In this document: positions 41,589 to 52,762 of the stretch, piece by piece
Layout of the letters: every line of letters begins with the position of its first letter
How positions within the stretch are numbered: the first letter of the stretch is position 1
Made by a program: the position numbers and the translations under genes
Assembly (NCBI GenBank): GCA_030264375.1
Contig: JASCQW010000190.1
Span: 104,154,047-104,218,046, forward strand
From: Carcharhinus longimanus
Taxonomy: Eukaryota
Length of the DNA stretch: 64,000 bases
Direction: 5' to 3'
Notes under the pieces: generated by a model
The model's database searches: none
Told to the model about the DNA's origin: nothing
Seen by the model: only the letters and a program-made list of their open reading frames with translations

Positions 41589-43014
41589 TCCAATGGAGGC
41601 AATTAAACATCTGCCCTCAACTACGTTGTATAAGACAAACACAACTCCATAAAAATCTGATGAAAACATGAAATCCATTGGATAAATAATTTAATATAAA
41701 CACTATAATGGCTAATATGTACTCATGTGATCTGCATTGATACATATGTAATACAGAAAAGAATAAGGTAGTCCCATTCTACTGCAAAAAATGGCTTATA
41801 ATAATATAAACCTATGCCAACACAGAGCCTTTAACACAATAAAAGGCCTTCGGAGAAAGTAATCAGGTCTAAAGTTGTGATGAACATTTGGAGAGGTGGC
41901 CAGAAGGTTGGTCAAGGAGAAAGATTTTAAACTGTAGCACATTGTTATTTGCAAAAGATCCCATCTATTTGTGAGCTAGAGAAGCAGTTGTCGACCCAGT
42001 ATATCCCTCATCTATGTGGCCACCTCAATGCCCTAAGTTAGATAACTTCTACATCCATCAACAAATACTGTATCTGGGTTGAAATGTCATCTAACTGATT
42101 CCATTTTTTGAAAAGGCAGATTATCTCCATGTTCTTTCACTTGATGCAACTACCCAGAAAATCAGGTCAAACCATTTTGAAGACTAGCTATTAAATATAT
42201 CACGTGCCTCTCCTTTTAAAAGAAAAGGATGTTAATGCAGCTGCCCCGATAATTGTAGCATAATTGTCATAAAAAGGTTAATCTAAGTGAGTCATTATTG
42301 TCAGGCTAATAGGTTTACCCTGGATACATGCAGTACACAACAGAAAAAGTTCTTCAGATAAACAGATTAGAAGCAAACAGTATTTTCAGTTGAGATCCTA
42401 TAATTATCATTCACACAGACAGGTGAAGTGAGATATACAACAGATCTACAATTTTACCACACATCTCTTTTTGCTCAACTGGCAATGCAGCATTGTCTGT
42501 TCTGCAACATCCTGTTATTATTAAATTAAATCAAAAGTTTAGGTTCAACACCTACTATACTATGCGCTTCACAAGGATTTGTTTTCTTCATTGGTGAAAA
42601 TGTATTCTTATGAATCCACTTCAAAATGATCCTTGCATTGTCGATCTTCATAAAAAGAAACAACTGCTGACGTAAAAATGCGAAAATACTTCACATTTAG
42701 TGTCTTGAAAAATAATGGAGTTTAAAAGAGTCTGTGCTTATTACCTCTGTTCAGAACAGGAATTGAGACTTTTCCACCTCTAGATATTGTGTCCCAGTGT
42801 GATGGATGACTTCAATCTAATTTATGTCTCAATGATAAAGACTGAAGATCCTCCTCTAAAAACCCCTTATTTTCACACTGTGCCTTGATGGTGTCTGCTT
42901 TTGCTTTCAACATCGCATCATTATGAGTCAGTTTAATATTGCTTGGTTTAGCTTGAAGTCACCAAAGAACTTTCACTTGTAAATTATTTGGTGATTTTAA
43001 ACAATCATTTTTTC

Positions 43015-43520
43015 AGATCACCTTTACTGATACACCATACAAAGCATTTTTTCTGGTTGTATCACAGCTTGGTATGGCTCCTGCTCTGACTAAGATCGCA
43101 AGAAACTACAAAGGGTCATGAACGAAGTCCAGTCCATCATGGAAACCAGTCTCCCACCCATTGACACTGTGTACACTTTCTGTTGCCCTGGGAAAACAGC
43201 CAGCATAATCAAGGATCTCACGCACCTCGGACAGATTCTCTTCCACCTTCTTCCATGGCATAAAAGATACAGAAGTCTGAGATCGCGTACCAACAGACTC
43301 AAGAATAGCTTCTTCGATGCTGCCATTAGACCTTTGAATGGATCTACCTCATATTAAGCTGATCTTGCTCTACACCCTAGCTATGATTGTAACGCCACAT
43401 TCTGCACCCTCTGCTTTCTTTCTCTATGTACAGTATGTTTTGTCTGTATAGCACGCAAGAAACAATACTTTTCACTGTATACTAATACATGGGACAATAA
43501 TAAATTAATTCAAATCAAAA
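43015..43520 (+). mobile_element. Rex1/Babar-type LINE 3' fragment
   Basis: ASIIKDLTHLGQILFHLLPWHKRYRSLRSRTNRLKNSFFDAAIRPLN; 3'UTR nearly the same as 28200-28376. Confidence 0.85.
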
Positions 43521-43695
43521 ACATTTTTTTTGAGGAAGAACAGATTTTTGGTGTGCCATGCCCCCTTCAGAGCACCATGTCAGATTTGTGAATTGTGTTC
43601 TCTTCAGGTTCTGTATGCCATTCGTCTATAAGCGCAAAACCATACGTAAATATTTGGGACCAACAGCCTGTGTTTCGTTTCCTACGCAATAATCT

Positions 43696-43970
43696 GGGTG
43701 GCACAGTAGTTAGCACTGCTGCTTCACAGCGCCAGAGACCCAGGTTCGATGCCAGGCTTGGGTCATTTCTGTGTGGACTTTGCATGTTGTCTACTTGGGT
43801 TTCCTTCGGGTGCTTTGGTTTCCTCCCACATTCTGAAAGACGTGCTGGTAAGGTGTATTGACCTGAACAGGCACCGGCCTGTGGTGACTAGGGGAATTTC
43901 ATAGTAATTTCATTGCAGTGTTAATGTAAGTCTTATTTGTGACTAATAAATGAACTTTTTACTTTACTTT
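43696..43970 (+). mobile_element. V-SINE, tail B
   Basis: gggtggcacagtagttagcactgct..cattgcagtgttaatgtaagtcttatttgtgactaataaa. Confidence 0.9.
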
Positions 43971-44468
43971 AGATGACATTTTATACTGAGGAGTGCAGCC
44001 CATAGAGATAGAGAGAGAAAAAGACTATACGTTGACTGGCAGCTGTACACTTACTGTGTAGAAAGGAGTACTTGATAAAGGGAGCATTTTGACCCAATGG
44101 AACAGCAAATAGCACAGTTACTGGAAAACTGAAACAACAAAATCAAAAAACACCCCATTGGTCAGGCAGCATTTATGAAGGGCAAAACAGAATTAATGTT
44201 TCAGGTTGAAAAAATACAGATGTAATGGGTTTTAAACAGCAGCAGAGAAAATTGTGCTGGAAGAACAGAAGGGAAGGTTGGTGATAAGAGTGAAAGGGAG
44301 GAGAGGTTAAATTATGAACAGAATGATGGTGCACATCAAAAGGTGGTAAAGGACAAACAAAGAAACAAAAGATGAGTCTAGAAGAGAGGTAAATGGTAAC
44401 AACAGAATCATTACCAACAACTACCATCCAAAGAAAATGGGGCAGAGGTTAAGACCTGAACTCAATAT

Positions 44469-44770
44469 TGGTTAGCACTGCTGCCTCACAGCTCCTGGGA
44501 TCAGGTTCAATTCCAGCCTTGGACTACTCCCTGTGTGGAGTTTTCACTTTCTCCCCACATCCGTGGGGGTTTCCGCTGGGTGCTCCAGTTTCCTCCCACA
44601 GTTCAAAGATAAGAGGGTTAGGTTGGTTGGCCATGCTAAATTGACCCTAGTATCAGAGGGATTAGCAAGGTAAATGTGTGGAGTTGCGGGAATAGGGCCT
44701 GGATGGGATTGTGATTGGTACAGACTTGATGGGCCAAATGGCCTCCTTCTGTACTTTACGGATTCTATGA
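44469..44770 (+). mobile_element. V-SINE, tail A
   Basis: ggttagcactgctgcctcacag..gatgggccaaatggcctccttctgtactttacggattctatga. Confidence 0.9.
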
Positions 44771-45045
44771 CTTGAAGATGATGTCCTCAGAACAATCAAA
44801 ATGGGCTGGAATACATGAGGAGAACTGAACAGAGTTCTTAGAGGTGAAATGGAGTCAAGGTTGCTGGAAGAGTCATTGGGATTATAGAGGATACTGGTGA
44901 ATAACCTTTGCCCAGAATGGAACTGAGATGGCAAGGAGGGACTGGATGAGGCAGAGATGGACATGAATGCATGTATAAGGAAGGCTGGAAATCAGAAGCA
45001 AAGATAATGACAGTTTTTAGTTCAGAGCAGGTTTAGGAAGTAGAG

Positions 45046-45269
45046 AAAAAGTCGCATTAGTCCCAGAGGCCCAAAGGCTGCTCTCCCCTTTGACAGAGGG
45101 CTGACTACTGATGATTTAACCTGAAGGTCATCACACTTTGGGCAAGGGCAAGCTTGAGAAAGCAGGGCCTTCATGGATGACCTCACCCAGCACAGGAATT
45201 GATCCTATGCTATTGGCTTTGCACTACATCATAAAACTAGCCAAGCAACCAATTGAGCTAAGCGATCCC
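45046..45269 (-). mobile_element. tRNA-derived SINE of a third family; second copy at 63567-64000
   Basis: Minus strand begins gggatcgcttagctcaattgg (A box) with a B-box-like ggatcaattcc; body matches 63570-63693 plus 63971-64000. Confidence 0.7.
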
Positions 45270-45329
45270 AGCAGGAAATTGCACCGATATAGTCAACTAT
45301 ATCATTTTGTGAGCTTCCTTCATGGTGCC

Positions 45330-45730
45330 CTGGTTCACTTACAATTATTTCAAATGTCCCCCACCTAGCTTCCAATGTAAGGTCAGCAATGTAGCACCTG
45401 CCTCTTTACCTCCCTCTCTATCCACTGTTCAGTATCCCAAACACTCTTTCCAGGAGAGACAGCTATTTCCTTGTACTTCCAAGTTGGCGTACCATATTCA
45501 CTGCTCACAACATGGCCTCCTCTACATTGGAGCATCCAAATACAGTCTATGGGTTGGTAATGAGTGATCCGGAGCTTTTAGTTAGCTGGTATTTTAATCC
45601 TCCACCTTGGTCTCGTACTGATCCCCCTATCCTTGATCTCCTACAATATTCCAATGTAGCTCAAAGACCAGAACATGATATTTCAAAAAGGCAGTTTACA
45701 CTTCCCAGATTCAGTATCGACTTCAATAAG
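45330..45730 (+). mobile_element. Penelope-like element, decayed GIY-YIG endonuclease fragment
   Basis: TSKLAYHIHCSQHGLLYIGASK resembles the Penelope xVYCIxCxxCGLLYIGETK motif. Confidence 0.7.
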
Positions 45731-45749
45731 AATAATGAATAAAGAAAAT

Positions 45750-46095
45750 TACAGCATAGGAATTTGCACTTCGGCCCTCCAAGCCTGCACCAACCTGCTA
45801 CCCGACTTAACTAAAAGCCCCTACCCTTCCGGTACCATATCGCTCCATTCCCATCCTGTTCATGTATCTGTCAAGACGCTCCTTAAAACTCATTATTGTA
45901 TCTGCTTCCAATACCACCTCCAGCAGTGAGTTCCAGGCACCCACCACCCTCTGTGTAAAAAATCTGCCTTGTATATCTCCTTTAAACCTTGCCCCTCGCA
46001 CCTTAAATCTGTACCCCCTAGTAACTGACTCTTCCACCCTGGGAAAAAGCTTCTGACTATCTACTCTGTCCGTGCCTCTCATAATCTTGTAGACT
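45750..46095 (-). mobile_element. CR1 LINE 3' fragment
   Basis: YKIMRGTDRVDSQKLFPRVEESVTRGYRFKVRGARFKGDIQGRFFTQRVVGAWNSL. Confidence 0.92.
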
Positions 46096-46131
46096 AATAA
46101 TTTCAGGCCAAAACCTCTGTCCTGCATTTTT

Positions 46132-46425
46132 CACAGTAAAAAGTCTGACAACACCAGGTTTTAGTCCAACCGATTTATTTGATAGTAAACGCACAAGCTT
46201 TCGAGGTTNNNNNNNNNNNNNNNNNNNNNNNNNNNNNNNNNNNNNNNNNNNNNNNNNNNNNNNNNNNNNNNNNNNNNNNNNNNNNNNNNNNNNNNNNNNN
46301 NNNNNNNNCGGAACTTGGCTATCAGTCTCTGCTCAGCGACTCTGCGCTGTCGTGTGTCGTGAAGGCCGCCTTGGAGAACGCTTACAGCGTTTACCCCAGT
46401 CCAACGCCGGCACATCCACATCATG
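46132..46425 (-). mobile_element. Penelope-like element of a second family, spanning a gap
   Basis: VSVLQGGLHDTRQRRVAEQRLIAKF (GIY-YIG C-terminus); termini match the element at 52538-52762. Confidence 0.75.
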
Positions 46426-47590
46426 ACTGCATTTTTCAGACAGCAGCCATTGGGGGCTCATTTTTTCCCCCCATCTACAGCTCACTTAGACCTGTCTTTT
46501 GTTCCTCTCCTTGTTCCATTACCATCTCTATTTACCTTACACCATTATCCTTTTAGTCACTTAATATTTCCTACCTTCCACTCTTTCACAGATCTGCCCC
46601 TTTGTTCTGCCCCCACTTCTCCCACCCTCTGTTTCTGTATTTGCCTAAACTTTGTCACGTCTTTATTTTTTCTCTTGTTCTGATAAGAAATAATCATCAA
46701 TAATATGATAATCATAATAAATTAATCATAAATAAATAATCATAATCACAAGAAATAAACATCCTGAAACATCCAAAAACCTCTCTCCACAGAAACAGAG
46801 TACTTCTGACATTTTCAGAAGTTCCAGACCTCTATTCTGTCAGTGACTTTGAAGCTACAATGTTAGTGGTGACTTCAGCTTCACTTCCCACCAATCCCTG
46901 CCCCCACCACCCAAGAAGAAAGTTAAGCATTTTTGACCAAGCCTAGCTGGACTTCTTTTGACTAAAAGCACCTTAAATGGAACATAACATGCATTCATCC
47001 AAAAGGAAACTGCTAGGAGTAATTTTCAGGCCATTGTTCAACAATGCAATTCAACCTCACCCATTAGTGTGAAATTCCTAACTATTGTCATTAAGGTGTT
47101 ACGGTTACAACCCTCTGTTTGCCATTAATGCCAGTCTAACAATTCAGTGCACCAAACACGATGCAAATCTCCTGCTCTCGCAGTTATATTTTAACAAAAG
47201 TAGAGCCTGAAGCTTTGATCACAAGCTCTATTCTCCTCACATTTCACACATTATTGTGCACTAAAATCTAATGAAAGACACTGGGTTTGTAGTGGCTAGG
47301 CTTTACAATGCAGGACATCAGTAAAATGAAGGCTTTTGAATTATCTCCTCCATCTGCAGACTGAGCTCACCATCAATTACTGAAATCATGTTACTTCTTG
47401 TCTTTTTAAAAGCTCTTGTTCAAATTTGTGACCCACAATACAAGCAATTTATTAAGCTTCCACGTCCAAGTTAAGAGTTCCAATGGATTCCATAACTTCA
47501 CAGGCCTGACTCAATTGCTCTTCTTAAAAGAATTTTTTTTCACATCCCTGATTCAGCATGTGNNNNNNNNNNCTATACTCTGGCCTATGT

Positions 47591-47848
47591 TATTCATATG
47601 TCACAAGTAGGTTTACATTCACACTGCAATGAAGTTACTGTGAAAATCCCCTAGTCACCGCGTTCCGGCACCTATTTGGGTACACTGAGGGAGAATTTAG
47701 CACGGCCAATGCACCTAACCTGCCCATCTTTGGACTGTGGGAGGAAACTCACGCAGAAATGGGGAGAATGTGCAAACTCCGCTCTAGACAGTGACACAAG
47801 CTGGGAATTCTCGCTGGGAGGCAGCAGTGCTAACGACTGTGGCACCCC
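47591..47848 (-). mobile_element. V-SINE, tail B
   Basis: gtcacaagtaggtttacattcacactgcaatgaagttactgtgaaaatcccctag.. Confidence 0.9.
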
Positions 47849-48349
47849 AATCTGAACCTGCATCCTGTACTGTCACCTGCAACAATAGCTCTGTAAGTGC
47901 CTTAGGCCAAGCAATGCATCCAAGTGCTAGTTTCCACATGCACAAGTTGCATCATAATTCTATGATGCAGGGCAGGCTTGGTTCTCAGCTTGCGCTCCTA
48001 TTGTTTTTTTGGAAGAAAGCATTACATCAGGACATCTCAAAGCTCTTCACCACCACTGTCGTAATGTGAGAAATATGGCAGCCAATGTATGCACAGCAAG
48101 ATCCCATGTACAGCAATGTGAAAATGACCAGATATCCCCCCCCTACCCCAGTAATCTAAGTTGAGGGATGAATACTGACTAGGGCACATTACAGATTGGT
48201 CAGAAGACCACATCATCACTTATGGCTGGAGTAAACTGTGTAACAGGACCTCGTGCCTTTCTTGTCTGCTTTTTAACAGCAAATCATTAAAAAAGGACAT
48301 GTGCTCAGTAGACAGTGGGCCAAGGAAAAACAGCTTACATTCATATAGC

Positions 48350-48942
48350 AATGGCAAAGTGGTATTGTCCTGGACTAATAATCTATCCCCAGGCTAATGC
48401 TCTAGGGACCTTGGTTCGAATCCCACCATGGCAGGTTAAAAGTTAAATGCTGCCAGTGAAACCGTTGTCGATTGTTGTAAAAACACACTTAGTTCACTAT
48501 TGCCCTTTAGGGGCAGCAATCTGTCATCCTTACTGCCTGGCCTACATGTGACTCCAGACCCACAGCAATGTGCTTGACTCTCTCTCTATCAGGGATGGCC
48601 AATAAATGCTGTCCCAGCCAGTGGTGCCAATAGAATCGTAGATTCCTTACTGTGCAAAAGAGGCTATTCAGTCCATCAAGTCTGCACTGACTCTCTGACA
48701 GAGTATCTTATCCAGGTTCTACCCCTGCCCCCCCATCCTATCAACATAACTCCACACATTTACCATCCATTTAATCTTTGGACTGTGGGAGGAAACCAGT
48801 GCACCCGGAAGAAACCCACGCAAACATGTGGCAAACATGCAAACTCCACACAGTCACCCTGGCCGAAATTGAACCCGGGCCCATGGTGCTCTAAGCAGCG
48901 CTAACAACTGTGCTGTTGTGCCCTCATGAACGAATAAAAAAA
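48350..48942 (+). mobile_element. tRNA-derived SINE (second family) interrupted near its 3' end by a minus-strand V-SINE (48631-48923, tail A)
   Basis: Head gtggtattgtcctggactaa..ggttcgaatcccacc; the host tail tcatgaacgaataaaaaaa resumes after the V-SINE. Confidence 0.8.
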
Positions 48943-50420
48943 TCTTTAACTTAGTAAAGCGCTCCCTAAGGCACTTCACAAGAGCATTATCAAACAAAAT
49001 CTGACACTGAGCTACACAATGAGATATTAGTGAAGATGATAACAAGATTGGTCAAAGAGGTCAGGTTGTTTCAAGGAGTGCCTAATGAAGGAGAGAGGTT
49101 AGACCGAGACTCATAAATTGAACCCCTCCCCCACACGCCTCCACTTCACCCTTAATTACTGAGACCCACAGTACCAAGAAAATACCAGTTGCTTCTTGGC
49201 AGATCAGACAAAAGAGAATGTACAAGAAAGCCATCCCCCAGGCAGCTCACATGCACCTCCTAGTGGTTGATCCCGAGTAACACAAATGGAGGCACCGTCA
49301 CCCTTGGTTCATCACCTGAAGAGAAGATATATTGAACTCCACCCACACGAAATAAACCTGACCTTTCCAGTGATAGAATTAAACTGCTGCTCATGCATGA
49401 ATTATACTGAAGTAAAATTACACAGGCCAATTCTAAACACTAAACTGTACCTGCGTCGACTGATTACTGCCTCAGATGTATTTCGATGTAACTCTCTCTT
49501 GAGCTGCATGTTCAGAATAGGTTGCTTTTCCACAGTTTTGGCAGGACAACACCAAATACCACCCTTGTTACTGAGCTTTCAATAAGTGTGCAGTATTACT
49601 CAGTAAGGACAATCCCTTTTTTTTATTTTCCATTGATCCCCAAGGCAAAATACATTTTTCTTTCCATGATTACTTAATGGATCGGAATCAGTTAACAGGC
49701 AAAGTTCGAAAAGACTGTTGCCGCTTCCATATTGCAGGCTTATCTTTTTTTAACAATGCAGTATCAGGAATGCCCTGATGCACTCTTGTTTTGGCAGATC
49801 TGTTTTTTATCCCCTCCCTATGTTGAAAAGGTCAAGCTAAACGATTACCAGTTGATGCACTGAGGAGACGTTACCAACGGCACAATCTCAGTAATACAGA
49901 GCGCTTGGTGCAATCAATCTACTGGGCACATCTAGGCTACTATTTACATGTGGAACAACAGAATGGGAGTAAGTTCCTTTTCACACGAGATTTCTTGTTC
50001 ACCTCTCCCGCTGGGCTATGTTTTGACAGAAAGGACAGATGACCTGCGATGAGCCTTTTCCAAATGCTGCTTTGAGCTGGCTGCTGTGGCGCTGGTGGCT
50101 AGTCTTATATTAGCAGCACCACTGCCTTATAATTGGCCTGTATAAGGCAACTCCTTCTTCAGTTCTATCTCACACCCCTTAGAGAAACATCCTGCCCATC
50201 CTTGACTCCATAATCTGCTATATCCTGCTGTCTCTCACCATAGCAAAACTGGCAGAAGGAACTCAAGTCAGTTTCACATTCTAACACAATCCCATACACC
50301 ATTTCAGATTCCAGTGACTTCCAAAGCATATTTTTTTAAATAAAAGTTTAATGGAAATTGGAGTGTGTGATAAGAGAGTTACCAGTGTAATCCCAGCTAT
50401 AAAGTAGAACGCAGAACCTT

Positions 50421-50493
50421 TCATAAGAACATAAGAACATAAGAAATAGGAGCAGGAGTAGGCCATCTGGCCCTTCGAGCCTGCCCCGCCATT
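50421..50493 (-). mobile_element. CR1 3' terminus running into a gap
   Basis: (cataagaa)x3 terminal repeat plus ataggagcaggagtaggccat. Confidence 0.85.
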
Positions 50494-52537
50494 NNNNNNN
50501 NNNNNNNNNNNNNNNNNNNNNNNNNNNNNNNNNNNNNNNNNNNNNNNNNNNNNNNNNNNNNNNNNNNNNNNNNNNNNNNNNNNNNNNNNNNNNNNNNNNN
50601 NNNNNNNNNNNNNNNNNNNNNNNNNNNNNNNNNNNNNNNNNNNNNNNNNNNNNNNNNNNNNNNNNNATAGCAGCCCTGTACCCATCAGGGGAATCATAAG
50701 CTGGTTTTTTGGCTGTTTTAGTTCTAATCTGGCTACTCAAAGCTATTTGACTCCCTTTCCATTAACATTTGGATCACACACTGGCCTCTGCTGGCATCTG
50801 AGGCTCTGGGGTATAACATAAGGACAACTGCAAACATCTGGGATTGGATTTCATCACCATTTAATGTCGCAGAATAAGCAGGCCTTCATTCAGCAGCAGG
50901 CTCACAGTCCTTCCATTGATTTTACCCCAAATCTCACACTGTTTATAGGCAGAAATGTAACTGGCACCAGAGAATAGTCTTCTGCACTGTTGTAATGTAA
51001 AACCCTGAGTGCTGATCTTCATTTATTCCCCTCTTTAATGGTTTAAAGATGATAGCAGCACTCCTGCTTTGTCCAGAGTCTCAGCTTTGATGAGAACTTG
51101 CCCTCAGCATGACATTAACAGGGGCACCATTATTATGGTAAAAAGTCAGGCCTGATCCAAGCTTTTATGTAGATCACACAAACACCCAAGGTGGCCATTC
51201 AGACAACAATGGGCACAAAAGTAAAGAATGCACATTCTTTCCAAGGGTGTTCCATACATTAGTGAACTTCACGGACCTTTTTGTAACCTTTCCAATCCTT
51301 TTGGAATGTGCCCCCACCAGGGTAATTCAGACAATGGATTCAATGATAGCTGTTTATGGGTCAATAACCTGTATTGCAGCCTATTCCTGTGAGAGTTTGG
51401 CCTTTACCTTATCTTGATGAATGATAATTGGAACATGCCTGCAGCACCTTCTTTTAACAAAACAGTTGAAATCTAATCTCAGCAGTAAATCTTCAGATTG
51501 AATGGTTCAGATTACAGTGCCAGGAAGCTAAAAAGCGCATTAAAGAACCTGAACTAATGCTCGGTCATCTACATAAAAGGTCATAATTTATACAACATAC
51601 CTATCAGGGAAATACAAAAGTTACCATAAATAATGACTCTGTATTGTCTCATCTAAAACCGCTTATTTAGTTGGGTATTTATTAAATAATTCCCTTGCCT
51701 GCATGATGGCACAAATCTGCATTACATCAGTAACAACTGTTAGTTTGTTCAGCAGTGTTCTGTGACTAGCATAATCAAAGTTAAAGAAAAACTTGCATTT
51801 AAATCGAATTTGTGGATGCTGAAAACTTAATTTAAGTAGAATATCTCTGAAGAAGTCATACAGGTTCGAAATGTTAACTCTTATTTTTTAAAGCTTCGTT
51901 ATTAGTCACAAGTAAGGCTTACATTAACACTGCAATGAAGTTTCTGTGAAGTTCCCCTTATTTCTCTCTCCACAGATGTTGCCAACGCATTCTCCCAGTA
52001 TTTCCTGCTTTAATTTCATATTTCCAGCATCTGCAGTATTTTACATTTATCATTGCATTTAAATAATATATTTTACCAATACAATATCTGTGTTTCTTTC
52101 TCTCCACAGATGTTGCCAGAACCTGTAAGTATTTCTAGCATTTTCTGCTTTTATTTCAGATTTCCAGTATTTTGAAATATGGTCACTGTTGTAAAGTAAG
52201 ATGCGCAGCAGCAAACTTGCACTCAGCAAACTTCAGAAATAACACTTTGATGCTGACTAGGTAATCTGTTCATTAATTCATTCTTCATTCGAATCTGGTG
52301 TTTGTAATTCAGTTACATTAGAAACAACTATCAAGATACTTAAAAACTTGAATTATTGAGACTAGAACTTTATTTGAAGGTTGCATCTTCCTTGTACTTC
52401 TCCACCCTTACCCAATTTGCTGTCTTTGCTTTTCCCCTTTCCTTCTCACATGTGCATTTTTCTGGTATCTGAGAGAAAATGGAATGTGTCTTTAATTCCC
52501 AGCCAACAATGCCTATGTCTGGGTGTTAGACAGTATC

Positions 52538-52762
52538 TATGATGTGGAGATGCCGGCGTTGGACTGGAGTAAAAACAGTAAGAAGTCTCACAACATCAGG
52601 TTAAATTCCAACAGGTTTATTTGGAAGCACAAGCCACTAGCTTTTGGAGCGTAACTTTTTCATCACTTACGTGATGAAGAAGAGGCGCTCTGAAAGCTAA
52701 TGGCTTGTGCTACCAAATAAACCTGTTGAACTTTAGTCTGGTGTTGTGAGACTTCTTACTGT
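52538..52762. mobile_element. Penelope-derived fold-back element (inverted pLTR ends)
   Basis: Inverted repeat 52575-52666 / 52671-52762; 5' atgatgtggagatgccggcgttggactgg matches the reverse complement of 46395-46424. Confidence 0.8.

Noticed and set aside
43696-43765. tRNA genes suggested by A/B boxes
   Set aside because: These are SINE heads continuing into the V-domain and tail; no complete cloverleaf.
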